From assembly GCA_038882655.1 (NCBI GenBank), contig JAVZNT010000001.1, positions 64,001 to 128,000 on the forward strand: a stretch of DNA of 64,000 nucleotides, written 5' to 3'. The notes under the pieces were generated by a model. That model ran no database searches. It had not been told where the DNA came from and worked only from the letters and a program-made list of their open reading frames with translations. The translations under genes and the position numbers were made by a program. The DNA is from Candidatus Bathyarchaeia archaeon (lineage in GTDB: Archaea; Thermoproteota; Bathyarchaeia; Bathyarchaeales; Bathycorpusculaceae). Below, piece by piece: positions 39,693 to 50,048 of this stretch. Numbering within the stretch: the stretch's first letter is position 1; each line of letters begins with the position of its first letter.

Positions 39693-39789
39693 AATTTGGC
39701 ATGGAGTTTGTGGCGGATTTCTGGGAACTAAAAATTTAAAAGTGAGGTTTTGAAAATAAAGCATTCCAAAATTGTGGAGTTGAAATTCG

Positions 39790-40836
39790 GTGATAAGGGA
39801 GAAAAGACAAACTCCATTCTTTAGAAGGAAGCTTGAGCCAATAGAGGTTAAAACTCCGAGGAAAATTTCGGAACTGCTTGCGGAAATGGCTAAAACTGGT
39901 TTTCAAGGCAGAAAACTCGGTGAAGTGGCTGAAGTTTGGGAGGAAATGCTCAAAGACGACGTTGTAATCTTTTTTGGTTATGCTGGCTCCCTGAGCACCA
40001 CGGGGCAGTGGAAAATTGTTAACTGGCTTATTGAGCATCGCTTTATTGACGTTATTGTTTCCACAGGCGCAAATATATCTGAAGACATTTTGGAAGCTAT
40101 GGGAGGAACTTATTGGCAAGGGCACCACATGGTGGATGACCACCAGCTTTTAGAGTATAAGATTGACCGTTTCTACGACGTTTTTGCAGACGAGCTTGAA
40201 TACCGACAAATGGAAAGCCTCATCGCCAACTTTATGAAAAAGTTAAGCTCAAACCGCAAATATTCCTCGGCTGAATTTCTCCATCTTTTCGGAAAAGAAC
40301 TTTCACAATTGGGGATTAAAAGCATAATTGCAACAGCCTACGAGAACAAAGTGCCAGTCTTCTGTCCAGCCATAGTTGACAGCGGCTATGGAATTGCTTA
40401 TCTCCTAAACAGGAAGCTTGAAAGCAATTTCGACATAACTATTGACCAAATGCGGGATTTTGAACAGCTTGTAGATATAAAAGCTAAGGCAGCTCCAGAA
40501 AGTGGGGTAACTTATATTGGTGGCGGTGTGCCGAAAGACTTTATCCAACTAACCACTGTTGGCAGAAGTCTAACAGAGTCGAGAAAATATGAGCGCGTTT
40601 ACCCACACAAATACGCCATACAAATTACGACGGATGCGCCCCATTGGGGCGGCTTGTCCGGCTGCACTTTTGAGGAAGCCATAAGCTGGGGCAAGGAAGC
40701 CAAGGAAGGGCGGAATGTGCAGTGCTACTGCGACGCAACAATAGCCCTACCAATAATTGTTCAAGCTTTGGCAGAGAAAATCGATAAAAGGGCGAAAACA
40801 CCAGACTTGTCTTGGCTGTTTAAGGGTTTAGAATAG
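39790..40836 (+). CDS. Deoxyhypusine synthase family protein (paralog A)
   Basis: STGAN, IGGGVPKDF, GGLSGCTFEEAISWGK, CDATIALP. Confidence 0.9.
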   Translation: MIREKRQTPFFRRKLEPIEVKTPRKISELLAEMAKTGFQGRKLGEVAEVWEEMLKDDVVIFFGYAGSLSTTGQWKIVNWLIEHRFIDVIVSTGANISEDILEAMGGTYWQGHHMVDDHQLLEYKIDRFYDVFADELEYRQMESLIANFMKKLSSNRKYSSAEFLHLFGKELSQLGIKSIIATAYENKVPVFCPAIVDSGYGIAYLLNRKLESNFDITIDQMRDFEQLVDIKAKAAPESGVTYIGGGVPKDFIQLTTVGRSLTESRKYERVYPHKYAIQITTDAPHWGGLSGCTFEEAISWGKEAKEGRNVQCYCDATIALPIIVQALAEKIDKRAKTPDLSWLFKGLE

Positions 40837-40839
40837 CCT

Positions 40840-41775
40840 TTGGCGTTTTCCATGGAGAAAGTGAAGGACTTCGAAATTTCGAAGGATGTTTCCGCAGACA
40901 CGCTTGTCAAGCAGATGCTTGAAAGCGGAGGCTTCACAGCAAAAAACCTCGCCATAGGCGTAGATATCCTTGAAGCGATGCTGAAAGAGCGGGAAATCCT
41001 CAATTTTCTCTCCTTTCCCGCATGCATCATCGCCACCGGCACAAGGGGCATAATCCGCGACATTGTCAAGCATAAATGGTTCCATATGCTAATTACAACT
41101 TGCGGCACTTTGGACCATGATTTGGCACGTTGCTACCGTGACTATTTTCAAGGCGACTTCTACATGGACGATGAGGAACTGCATAAGAAGGGCATAAGTC
41201 GAATCGGCAATGTTCTGGTGCCAAATGCCTCTTATGGCGAAATCATCGAAAAGAAAATGATGGAGTTCTTAAATAGCCTATACGCGGAGGGCAAAAGGGA
41301 ACTTGCCACTTACGAATTATGTTGGGAAGTTGGCAAGCGCCTCAACGAAAACTCCATATTATATTGGTGCTGGAAAAACGGCATACCCGTAATCGTGCCG
41401 GGCATAACAGACGGTGCAGTGGGCTACCAGTTGTGGCAGTTCAGCCAAGATCACAAAGATCTAAAAATAAACGTGCTTAAAGACGAGCAACTCCTAAACG
41501 ACATGATCTGGGAAGCCAAAAAATCCGGAGCCCTAATAATAGGCGGAGGCATATCAAAACACCACGTCTTATGGTGGAACCTATTCAAGAAAGGACTGGA
41601 CTATGCGGTTTACATAACAACAGCCGTAGAATACGACGGAAGCCTATCCGGAGCCCGCCCAAGAGAAGCCGTATCATGGGGGAAAATTCGAGAAAAAGCA
41701 AAAACAGTAACCATAGAAATAGACGCAACAATAGCCCTACCAATAATGTATGCAGCTCTCCTCGAAAGACTCTGA
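40840..41775 (+). CDS. dys: Deoxyhypusine synthase (paralog B, canonical archaeal type)
   Basis: RIGNVLVPN, IGGGISKHH, DGSLSGARPREAVSWGK, DATIALP. Confidence 0.92.
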   Translation: MAFSMEKVKDFEISKDVSADTLVKQMLESGGFTAKNLAIGVDILEAMLKEREILNFLSFPACIIATGTRGIIRDIVKHKWFHMLITTCGTLDHDLARCYRDYFQGDFYMDDEELHKKGISRIGNVLVPNASYGEIIEKKMMEFLNSLYAEGKRELATYELCWEVGKRLNENSILYWCWKNGIPVIVPGITDGAVGYQLWQFSQDHKDLKINVLKDEQLLNDMIWEAKKSGALIIGGGISKHHVLWWNLFKKGLDYAVYITTAVEYDGSLSGARPREAVSWGKIREKAKTVTIEIDATIALPIMYAALLERL

Positions 41776-41791
41776 AACATGTTCGGGCAAA

Positions 41792-42466
41792 TCAGACGAA
41801 ATGTAGGATTTCCTTTAAGTTCTTTATCTTTTTAATGTTCCCATCAACTATTTTGTTTTCTCTGTCAATTAGAAAAGCGTTCAATCCAGCCTTTAATGCG
41901 CCTTCATAATCAATTTCAAATTCGTCTCCAACAAAAACCACTTCACTGGGTTGAAGACCGAGCTTTTTTAAGGCATAATTGAAAATTTCCTTTTCTGGTT
42001 TTGCTTTGCCGGCAACGTCGATGCAAACCTCTACGTCGAAGAAGCCTTTAAGGTTAAGTTTTGAAAGAACCTTTTCCAAATCATATTTAAAAGTGTTTGT
42101 TATTATGCCCATCTTCATTTTTCTTTCCCTAAGCTTCTGCAAAACTTCCGGCACTTCCGGATAAAGCGTTATTTCAGCATATTCCCACCATTCCCTATCA
42201 ATAGCCTCTGCCAATGGTAACGCATCATTTTTTATTCTTAAATAATTGAGAACTATAAGGTTAAGGCTCACCCAAAATTTACTCCCAAACTCCATCATCT
42301 TTTCAACGTCCAATTTTTCTCTCGCTTTCTCCGCCGCCTCACTAATTTTTTCAATAGGCTTGATTGTTCCATACGCTTTAAGGATTTTCTCAAAAACCTT
42401 CGGCGTTGGCTCCGGCTTAACTAACGTTCCACCCATATCAAAAAGAACAGCCCTTATCTTAACCAT
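41792..42466 (-). CDS. HAD-superfamily hydrolase (subfamily IA)
   Basis: FDMGGTL, ITN, KPEKEIF, VGDEFEIDYEGA. Confidence 0.93.
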   Translation of the reverse strand: MVKIRAVLFDMGGTLVKPEPTPKVFEKILKAYGTIKPIEKISEAAEKAREKLDVEKMMEFGSKFWVSLNLIVLNYLRIKNDALPLAEAIDREWWEYAEITLYPEVPEVLQKLRERKMKMGIITNTFKYDLEKVLSKLNLKGFFDVEVCIDVAGKAKPEKEIFNYALKKLGLQPSEVVFVGDEFEIDYEGALKAGLNAFLIDRENKIVDGNIKKIKNLKEILHFV

Positions 42467-42658
42467 TATGGAATACCTTCTCGGTCACACGTTTTTGCAT
42501 GTATAATGCTTTAAACTTTATTAATTCTTATAGATTTAACACAATCTTATCACATCAATAATTGCTCTATCAAAACTCACAAGCCTCTATTAGTTACGTT
42601 GCGTGTTTTTATTCATCACTAACATAATTGGTTGTTTGCTTTTCAAGAAAAAAGCGGG

Positions 42659-42894
42659 CTATTGTGGAGGCGGTTGTGGCGCAGTTCTGGGTTTTACCAT
42701 CATTCTCGTAATGAAAGCTATAGCTATGCCTAAGTCTATTGTGATTGTTAGGAAGGCGTATACCAAAATGGTCATGTTATTGTATGCCGCTTGAAGGTTT
42801 TTAAGTTGTTGTTGCAGCGTTTGCATCAAATAGCAGAGTAGAGAAGATAATTAACGTAACCACTGTTAAACAGATTCTCTTCCATTGTTATCAT
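42659..42894 (-). pseudogene. Relic of a membrane-anchored secreted protein (signal-peptide fragment plus C-terminal anchor)
   Basis: One frame reads WKRICLTVVTLIIFSTLLFDANA (signal-like, no in-frame start). A second frame, 42826-42659, reads MQTLQQQLKNLQAAYNNMTILVYAFLTITIDLGIAIAFITRMMVKPRTAPQPPPQ. Confidence 0.45.
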
Positions 42895-43155
42895 TTTGAT
42901 TCGCCTTTTTATGAAAAATGCTGAACTTTGGATAAAGGACTTATGAATGCTGAATAAAGATTGTAAGCATGTTCCAAAAACCTTTCTTCAATGACTCAAA
43001 ATTAAGCCGCAACATCCAAGAGTAGGTAAGTAGCGCTCTTCAAATCAGAAAGCTTTCACATTTAACTTTTTGGTGTGGGGAAAAGGAAATAAAGAGCAAA
43101 GGATAAAACCAGCAAAAGAGCAGCTTGCTTAATCATCCAATAAAAAGGGTGAAAG

Positions 43156-44652
43156 GTGTTGGAAGCTTCTGTTAAACAGCTTGATGCCTTCTTTAATCCG
43201 AAGTCTGTGGCTGTCGTCGGCGCCACTAAAAAGATAAACAAGGCTGGGCACGTCATATTCAAAAATTTTGTTGAAAACAAGAGAAGAGGGGTTTTTAATG
43301 GGGAGCTTTACCCCGTAAACCCCCACGAAGACTACATTTTAGGCTTTCAGTGTTACCCAAAATTGACAAAAATCTCGGGAAAACTTGAACTCGTCGTCAT
43401 CGTTGTCCCAGCGGAAATCGTGCCAGAAATAATGAAAGACGCCGCAGCCAAAAAGGTTGAGGCTGCTGTTATAATCAGTTCTGGCTTCGGAGAAATTGGA
43501 AACCACGAACTAGAAAGGAAAGTTGTTGAAATTGCGAAAAAGGCGGGGATAAGGGTTCTCGGCCCCAACTGTCTAGGAGTCTACGACTCCAAAACGGGCG
43601 TGGATATGCTATTTCTACCAGAAACAAAGATTTTGACCACTGGTGAGGAGGTTGTTGCAACACCTAGACCAATGAGGGGAAACATAGCCATAGTAACCCA
43701 AAGCGGCGCCTTCGGGGTGGCAGCCCTCGACTATTTGGCTGGCAGACAGATAGGCGTCAGCAAATTTGTAAGTTTCGGGAACAAAAGCGACGTGGACGAG
43801 GCTGAAATGCTCCACTATCTATATTATGACGACGAAACCAAAGTGATACTATTATATGTTGAAGACATTAAGAATGGGAAAACCTTCATAGAGGCGGCCT
43901 CAGAAGTCACAAGGAAAAAGCCTGTAATAGCCCTTAAAGCCGGCAAAACAGAAGCCGGAGCAAGAGCAGCTGCATCCCACACAGGCGCCATGGCTGGCTC
44001 GGATCATATTTACAATGCTGCTTTTGCGCAAACTGGAATTTTAAGGGTTAGGGATATGGAAGAGTTCTTTGACGCAGCGAAAGCTTTTGTTATGCAACCG
44101 CCAGCTGCGGGGAAAAATGTGGCAATAGTAACCGACGCCGGCGGACCGGGAATATTGGCGGCTGACGAATGTGAAACACAAGGACTGATCGTTAAACGGT
44201 TCTCTGAAAAGACTCTTCAAAAATTTGAGAAGCTCAAGCGAGAGGGAAAACTCCCAAAATTCGCAACAAACCTAAACCCTGTTGACGTGACTGGTTCTGC
44301 CACTTCTGAAATGTTCGAGTTGGCAGCCGACATAGTTTTCCAAGACCCGGAAATTCATGGAATACTGCTTCTTGGACTACATCACACGCCAGCACTACAA
44401 GAAGACTATATAGACAGAGTGGCAAAGGTTGTCGGCAAATACGTAAAACCAATCGTCGCATGCGATATAGGTGAAACTGAAATGGCTTTGCATACGCGCT
44501 CCAGATTCGAAAAGCTTGGAATTCCAGCGTACTCCTCCCCAGAAGACGCCGCTAGAGCCATGAGCGCCCTTGCGAAGTATGGATTATACTTGAAAAAGAA
44601 GGGATACTTCAAAGAGTATATACACAACTTCTTCAAAGAAAAACGAAGGTAA
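43156..44652 (+). CDS. acdA: Acetate--CoA ligase (ADP-forming) alpha subunit
   Basis: FNPKSVAVVGA, LGPNCLG, TQSGA, AASHTGAMAG (phospho-His), NPVDVTG. Confidence 0.93.
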   Translation: MLEASVKQLDAFFNPKSVAVVGATKKINKAGHVIFKNFVENKRRGVFNGELYPVNPHEDYILGFQCYPKLTKISGKLELVVIVVPAEIVPEIMKDAAAKKVEAAVIISSGFGEIGNHELERKVVEIAKKAGIRVLGPNCLGVYDSKTGVDMLFLPETKILTTGEEVVATPRPMRGNIAIVTQSGAFGVAALDYLAGRQIGVSKFVSFGNKSDVDEAEMLHYLYYDDETKVILLYVEDIKNGKTFIEAASEVTRKKPVIALKAGKTEAGARAAASHTGAMAGSDHIYNAAFAQTGILRVRDMEEFFDAAKAFVMQPPAAGKNVAIVTDAGGPGILAADECETQGLIVKRFSEKTLQKFEKLKREGKLPKFATNLNPVDVTGSATSEMFELAADIVFQDPEIHGILLLGLHHTPALQEDYIDRVAKVVGKYVKPIVACDIGETEMALHTRSRFEKLGIPAYSSPEDAARAMSALAKYGLYLKKKGYFKEYIHNFFKEKRR

Positions 44653-44654
44653 AC

Positions 44655-45077
44655 CTATTCAAGAGCTATCCTAACTTCCACTTCATCGCCGTCTTTAAGC
44701 TTCAACTTTTTCCTCAAATTTGAAGACGCAACAATTTCCAAAACATCGTTTGGATAATTTTCTACGCATGGCAGTACAACGGCGCATGCCACGTCACGCT
44801 CTATGTACGCCTTAAAACATTTTCCACGGCAGTATCCTGTCTTCGGTAAAATCTCTATGGCTTTTGCATTTTCTAACAGCTTTCTAACTTCCACATACTC
44901 TCCGGCTAGTTTCAAGTTTAGCGTTCCCGGACAAGGGACGAAACCAACCTTTTCCTTTATCTGTCGTCTAACCCATGGAAGTACAGTGAAGTATGCACCC
45001 TCTCCAGAACCAGAGAAGATTTTCCCCTTTACGTGAACTGTTCTTGTCGACGCTTTATTTTCTTCAGTCATGAGCAT
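44655..45077 (-). CDS. ribK: CTP-dependent riboflavin kinase
   Basis: SGSGEGAYF, PGTLNL, LEIVA...LR...LKDGDEV. Confidence 0.9.
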   Translation of the reverse strand: MLMTEENKASTRTVHVKGKIFSGSGEGAYFTVLPWVRRQIKEKVGFVPCPGTLNLKLAGEYVEVRKLLENAKAIEILPKTGYCRGKCFKAYIERDVACAVVLPCVENYPNDVLEIVASSNLRKKLKLKDGDEVEVRIALE

Positions 45078-45085
45078 GTTCCAGT

Positions 45086-45463
45086 TTATGCAGTTTTTCC
45101 CTGCTCTTTCAGCCAGTTTGCAATTTTCCGAAACATGGGGTTTGAGGACATGTCTATAACTGGAACAATTATTTTTTCCCTAGTCTCAATTAACGGCTGG
45201 TATTTTGGCATGGGTGCATACCCAACAAAAGTCCAGTAAACCCTCTTATTTTCAACAAGCACCTTCGCAGCAGTTTCAGTAGACGCTGGAAGTGGGAAAT
45301 AAAGGAATACAACACCCTCAGCCCAGTACAAGCCCGCTGTTTTTCCTCCGGCTATTATTGAGGCGAACCTTGCAATATCTTCTGGCGATGCGAAAAAGTT
45401 GCGCTCCATAATAACAATTTCTTTGAAGGGCTCGAATTTGACGTCTACTTCGCCTTCAGCCAT
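45086..45463 (-). CDS. Hypothetical protein
   Basis: Likely start MAEGEV at 45463; the longer ORF-track version overlaps ino1. Globular-looking 125-aa product in tandem with ribK. Confidence 0.7.
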   Translation of the reverse strand: MAEGEVDVKFEPFKEIVIMERNFFASPEDIARFASIIAGGKTAGLYWAEGVVFLYFPLPASTETAAKVLVENKRVYWTFVGYAPMPKYQPLIETREKIIVPVIDMSSNPMFRKIANWLKEQGKTA

Positions 45464-45585
45464 AACCTTTCGCCTTTCTGATAGTTTGTTAAAGTTCCCT
45501 TTTAATCTTGCCATAAGCCAGAAAAGGTTATAGATCACAAAAGCTAAACCCATCCAATCACAAACACCAAAGGAGGGAACAAAGC

Positions 45586-46665
45586 TTGACTGAAATCCGT
45601 GCGGCAATAGTTGGCGTCGGCAACTCAGCATCAGCTCTAGTCCAAGGAGTAGAATACTACAAAAGCGCAAAAGAAAGCGAGACAGTCCCGGGACTAATGC
45701 ACGTGAACTTTGGTGGATATCACGTTAGAGACATAAAGTTCGTCGCTGCTTTTGACGTGGACAAAAACAAAATTGGAAAGGACTTGGCTGAAGCCATATT
45801 TACAAAGCCGAACTGTTGCGCCAAATTTGCAAATGTGCCACCATTAGGCGTAAAGGTTTTGCCTGGACCAGTTCTTGACGGAGTGGCAAAACACATGAGG
45901 GAACCTTTCAACGTTTATAGCGAAAATGAAGTTAAACCTGCAGACGTTGCAAGCGTCCTAAAAGATTACAAAGCGGAAATTCTCATCAATTATTTGCCTG
46001 TGGGAAGCCACTACGCCACACGTTTTTATGCCCAAGCTGCTTTAGATGCGGGATGCGCCTTCATAAACTGCATACCAGAGTTTATTGCTTCAGACCCGGC
46101 ATGGAGTCGCAAATTTGAGGAGCGATGCCTTCCAGTGGCTGGCGACGACATTAAAAGCCAGCTTGGCGCAACCATACTGCACAGAAACCTTGTGCGGTTA
46201 TGCGTTGACAGAGGCGTAATCGTTGACGAGACATACCAGCTGAACCTAGGTGGGGACACAGACTTCCTAAACATGACTGTTGAAGAACGCCTCAAAACAA
46301 AGCGCATAAGCAAGACAGAAGCCGTTAAAAGCCTAGTGCCCTACGACTTGCCAACTCGCATAGGACCATCAGACTATGTGCCCTTTCTAGGGAACAAAAA
46401 GATATGCTACATATGGCTTAAGGGGAGAAAATTCGGCGACAGACCTTTAACAATAACTGTTAAGCTTGAAGTGGAAGACTCGCCCAACAGTGCCGGAGTA
46501 GTCATAGACATAATAAGGGCTGTAAAACTGGCTTTAGACCGAAAAATAGCCGGACCCCTAATAAGCATATCGTCATATGCTTTCAAACACCCACCAATAC
46601 AGGTACCAGACCCCATTGCAAAAGAATGGGTAGAGGAATACATTAAAGGCAAACGTGAACGCTAA
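45586..46665 (+). CDS. ino1: myo-inositol-1-phosphate synthase
   Basis: GVGNSAS, NYLPVGS, GDDIKSQLGAT, QLNLGGDTDF, KRISKT, DSPNSAG. Confidence 0.96.
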   Translation: MTEIRAAIVGVGNSASALVQGVEYYKSAKESETVPGLMHVNFGGYHVRDIKFVAAFDVDKNKIGKDLAEAIFTKPNCCAKFANVPPLGVKVLPGPVLDGVAKHMREPFNVYSENEVKPADVASVLKDYKAEILINYLPVGSHYATRFYAQAALDAGCAFINCIPEFIASDPAWSRKFEERCLPVAGDDIKSQLGATILHRNLVRLCVDRGVIVDETYQLNLGGDTDFLNMTVEERLKTKRISKTEAVKSLVPYDLPTRIGPSDYVPFLGNKKICYIWLKGRKFGDRPLTITVKLEVEDSPNSAGVVIDIIRAVKLALDRKIAGPLISISSYAFKHPPIQVPDPIAKEWVEEYIKGKRER

Positions 46666-46671
46666 AATATT

Positions 46672-46926
46672 TTAGCTAAGCTTGTCCAAAAGGGAGAGAA
46701 CACTGAAAATAGCTGAAATCCACCTTAAATAAGCGTTTAAAGCTGCCCGTAAAGCTACAGTGTCCTTCGCCTCAATAGCCAAAACTAGAGAAGCGCCCTC
46801 AATTTTCAAGTCTGCTTTGGAACGGATTGTGGCTGGTTTGGCAGTTTCTGGCATAAGTGCCCAATAAGCTATTTCTAGTTCCTTTTTTGACGGAAGTTTT
46901 AGGCGAACAATTGCATTAGCCTTCAT
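46672..46926 (-). CDS. pcc1: KEOPS complex subunit Pcc1
   Basis: ALMPE...RS...AKDTVALRAALNAYLRW; exosome operon position. Confidence 0.9.
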   Translation of the reverse strand: MKANAIVRLKLPSKKELEIAYWALMPETAKPATIRSKADLKIEGASLVLAIEAKDTVALRAALNAYLRWISAIFSVLSLLDKLS

Positions 46927-47480
46927 GAACCCGTCAAGTCCCAGATTAAATGGGATATTCTCATTCTAGGGCCTATTTCCACATTCTCCGGAAGAAGTCT
47001 AAAAGTTGCCACCATTTCTCCGCCTGGAATGGGTGTGATTTGCATTATGGCACTGTATTCCTCATATTCATTTTTTCGGGCAACTGTGGGAATACCGAAG
47101 AAATCCGACATAGCCTTCTCCAGCCTTTTAACGTCTTGGGAAGGTTTTGGGGAAACTGCAATAGCGGTGGATTTTATTCTCCTCCCCCTAGGCATTGTTT
47201 GAAATTCTCTGCGGAGTTTTACGCTTCTTAAGTAAATTAGTGGTGGTATCGGTTGCAGTCTGCTGTCCAACTGATAGAGCTCTATTTTTCCAGGTCCGCC
47301 CTTCCAACGGTCGATAACAACCACTTTTTTTGCGCCAAGTTCTAGGGCTTTTGCCGCCACATCTTCAAGGCTTAGTTTTCCACGGTTTATTCTTAAAATG
47401 TTCGGAAACGTATGCGAGAGATCTTTGCAAAAGGTTCTTATACCCTTTGTTGGTCGCCGCGATGTAGTTAAAAGTATCAA
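46923..47480 (-). CDS. Brix-domain ribosome biogenesis protein (Imp4-like)
   Basis: MILLTTSRRP...RTFCKDL...NRGK...KGGPG. Confidence 0.9.
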   Translation of the reverse strand: MILLTTSRRPTKGIRTFCKDLSHTFPNILRINRGKLSLEDVAAKALELGAKKVVVIDRWKGGPGKIELYQLDSRLQPIPPLIYLRSVKLRREFQTMPRGRRIKSTAIAVSPKPSQDVKRLEKAMSDFFGIPTVARKNEYEEYSAIMQITPIPGGEMVATFRLLPENVEIGPRMRISHLIWDLTGS

Positions 47481-47489
47481 GATTTCAGC

Positions 47490-47789
47490 CTATTCTTCTT
47501 CCGCTGTTGAAGCCTCAACCTCTTCTACTGGAGCCCCCCTAGCAACACGTTTAGCCACTATGCCAAGCTTTGTAGCTGGAGTATAGGCTCCACCGGTGAA
47601 TGTGAAGCCGCATTTACCGCATTTCCAAACGCCGACGCTCTTCCGCTTAACTCTTGGAAGCCCGCATTGAGGACATCTGTGGCTCTTCTTCATTTCGGCA
47701 ACTATTTTTATGTAGCGCTTTCTAACGGTGGCTCCGTATCGGGGTCCCAAACCCCTGGTTGGACCAACCTTCTTTGCTCTTTTACCCAT
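47490..47789 (-). CDS. rpl37ae: 50S ribosomal protein L37ae (eL43)
   Basis: GPRYGATVRK, CPQC, GVWKCGKC, GGAY. Confidence 0.97.
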   Translation of the reverse strand: MGKRAKKVGPTRGLGPRYGATVRKRYIKIVAEMKKSHRCPQCGLPRVKRKSVGVWKCGKCGFTFTGGAYTPATKLGIVAKRVARGAPVEEVEASTAEEE

Positions 47790-47791
47790 CT

Positions 47792-48583
47792 TCACCACCC
47801 TAACTTCTTCCGAATTTCTGCAGATTTTTCTCCGGCAATCTGGACTGCCTCAAACACTTGTTTAGGTGTGAAGTACCCGCTTCCGCCCTTCTGAACCGCA
47901 CATATATTGCCATTATCGTCTATGGTTATAGTCAGTCTGGCATCCATTATTTGTTCCTCTTCAAGCCAAGGGTCTACGACAAGCCTATCATTTATCTTTG
48001 CAAAGGTAACCGATACTGGATGCTTCTTAATCGGAAGCGCCGTGTATCCAGGCTTAATTTTAATTTCGCCTTCCTCAATTTCGTAGTTAAACATCTTCGT
48101 ATTGAGTAAAGCAGCCATGGCGGCTAATGATGACGCGTCAATCAAGTTTCCATCATGGTTAAGCACATAAATGTCCACAAATATCACAAAGACCTTTTTT
48201 CCTGGCGTTATGCAGAGTTTATCCATTTCTATGGCTTTTGACTCTCTAATTCCTCGGTCAACAACTCTTGCCAACTCTATTGAGTTTTCATCAGGTGGTC
48301 CGGGTTCAAAAGTCGGCGATGCTAGGGGTACAAGTTCGGCGTTTACCGTCAACACTCCCTCACTGGGCGTGTCCGGAAATGGTTCTCCAGTCTCAATTTT
48401 AACTCCAACCATAACCTCTGTTTTTCCAAGAAGAACCCGTGCTGAGCCCTCAGCCCTTTCAATTATTCCCTGTTCCACTTTTATCTCTCTATAGTCGTTT
48501 AAGCCTCTGCCGTCAAGCCTCTTCCCCTTAGCAATTAATTGCCCAATCTGCTTTTGTTTTACGCGTGTAACTATTGTCGACAT
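47792..48583 (-). CDS. rrp42: Exosome complex component Rrp42
   Basis: RLDGRGLNDYR, AEGSARV, FEPGPPDENSIELARVVDRGIRES. Confidence 0.97.
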   Translation of the reverse strand: MSTIVTRVKQKQIGQLIAKGKRLDGRGLNDYREIKVEQGIIERAEGSARVLLGKTEVMVGVKIETGEPFPDTPSEGVLTVNAELVPLASPTFEPGPPDENSIELARVVDRGIRESKAIEMDKLCITPGKKVFVIFVDIYVLNHDGNLIDASSLAAMAALLNTKMFNYEIEEGEIKIKPGYTALPIKKHPVSVTFAKINDRLVVDPWLEEEQIMDARLTITIDDNGNICAVQKGGSGYFTPKQVFEAVQIAGEKSAEIRKKLGW

Positions 48584-49317
48584 TACTCTTCAACCTCCTT
48601 AACGCTGACGTACTTGGCTTTTAAGGCTTCCTTCTGCATTGCATAGATTTTCTTACATCCTTCAATGGCGAGGTTAACAGCCTTCTCAAACTCTTCAGGT
48701 GTCAGGATTCCATCCATCTGAAGAAGTGTCACGACGCCTAAGTTCGGCATATAAGCCACTGGGACATCTGCCGAGCCGACTTTATCCTCAACATCCATCA
48801 AGTCTAAGACTATTGTATCCTCAACTTTTCCGGCAGAACACGCAACCACTAGGTCGCGCATGGGTATGCCAGCGTCAGCCAATGCCAGCGAAGCTGCTGT
48901 TATGCTTGTGCATCTCGTGCTTCCATCAGCCTGCAACACCTCAACAAAAATGTCTATTGCTGTGCGTGGATAGTATTCAACGAAAATAGCCGGCTCAATA
49001 GCTTCTCTAATAACCTTCGACAGTTCTATCTCCCTTCTCGACGGCGCTGGTGATTTGCGTTCTTGAACAGAAAATGGCGCCATATGATAACGGCATCTTA
49101 AAACCATGCGGTCTGGCAAGGCCATATGTTTTGGATGCAGCTCTTTCGGACCATAAACCGCCGCCAAAATTTTGTTTTTCCCCTGTTCAATGTAGGCTGA
49201 ACCATCAGCATTTGATAAAACGCCAACCTCAATTTTTATTGGTCTAAGCTCGTCTGGCTTTCTTCCGTCAAGCCTTAAACCTTTTTTATCAATTAACTTT
49301 TCAGGTTTTTGACTCAT
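48583..49317 (-). CDS. rrp41: Exosome complex component Rrp41
   Basis: [33 protein letters not shown]. Confidence 0.97.
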   Translation of the reverse strand: MSQKPEKLIDKKGLRLDGRKPDELRPIKIEVGVLSNADGSAYIEQGKNKILAAVYGPKELHPKHMALPDRMVLRCRYHMAPFSVQERKSPAPSRREIELSKVIREAIEPAIFVEYYPRTAIDIFVEVLQADGSTRCTSITAASLALADAGIPMRDLVVACSAGKVEDTIVLDLMDVEDKVGSADVPVAYMPNLGVVTLLQMDGILTPEEFEKAVNLAIEGCKKIYAMQKEALKAKYVSVKEVEE

Positions 49318-49318
49318 T

Positions 49319-50017
49319 TTAACTACCTCCTCTCTTCTCTTTTTCCTTCTTAATCATCTGGGATATGCGGTCTGTTAATCCGGTCGTGTGGGACTCCTCC
49401 TCAATCTTGCGAATTGCCATCATAGCCAGTTCCTCGTCTTCTAGGCTTTTACCGATGATTAGTATGATCCCATTATGCCCTAATATTATGTGACAACCAG
49501 TTTCCTGTTTTATCATGGATATCATTGAACCCTTTTTACCAATGACGCGGGGGATTTTCGTAGGCGTTATTTTCACTATTTGCCCGCGGGTTATTTTCTC
49601 AAGTCCGGGCTCCACGCTTAATTGTGGATTGTGGGTTCGGTCATAGGAGACTATTTTTGCCACCACAAGGTCTCCAACGTCCAACACCTCTGTCAAGTCA
49701 TTTTTCTGCGGTTTAAATGGCCTGTTAAGCACGTCAGAAGCCCTTAAGATGGCTAAGTAAGGCGCGTTTATGTCAACAGTCCATCCGCTAAATCCAACTT
49801 CGACCACTGTTCCTATAACTGTGTCGCCCACCCTTGGGATATAGAAGGCCCTTAGGGCAACAAGGCTTACCTTTTTGTCCTCGTAATCTACAAGCCCTAT
49901 TCTTGCGGCATAAATTCTGTTGTCCTCTTTATACGTGTTTTCTCCGGCTATGTAGTCGCCTTCAGCAAGCAGGTCGCCGGGAGTCGCAATCTGTCTTCTT
50001 TCAAAAAATGTCGGCAT
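49319..50017 (-). CDS. rrp4: Exosome complex RNA-binding protein Rrp4
   Basis: TPGDLL, S1 domain [13 protein letters not shown] domain [23 protein letters not shown]. Confidence 0.96.
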   Translation of the reverse strand: MPTFFERRQIATPGDLLAEGDYIAGENTYKEDNRIYAARIGLVDYEDKKVSLVALRAFYIPRVGDTVIGTVVEVGFSGWTVDINAPYLAILRASDVLNRPFKPQKNDLTEVLDVGDLVVAKIVSYDRTHNPQLSVEPGLEKITRGQIVKITPTKIPRVIGKKGSMISMIKQETGCHIILGHNGIILIIGKSLEDEELAMMAIRKIEEESHTTGLTDRISQMIKKEKEKRGGS

Positions 50018-50048
50018 AAAACATACACCCAAACAATTTAACCATAAA

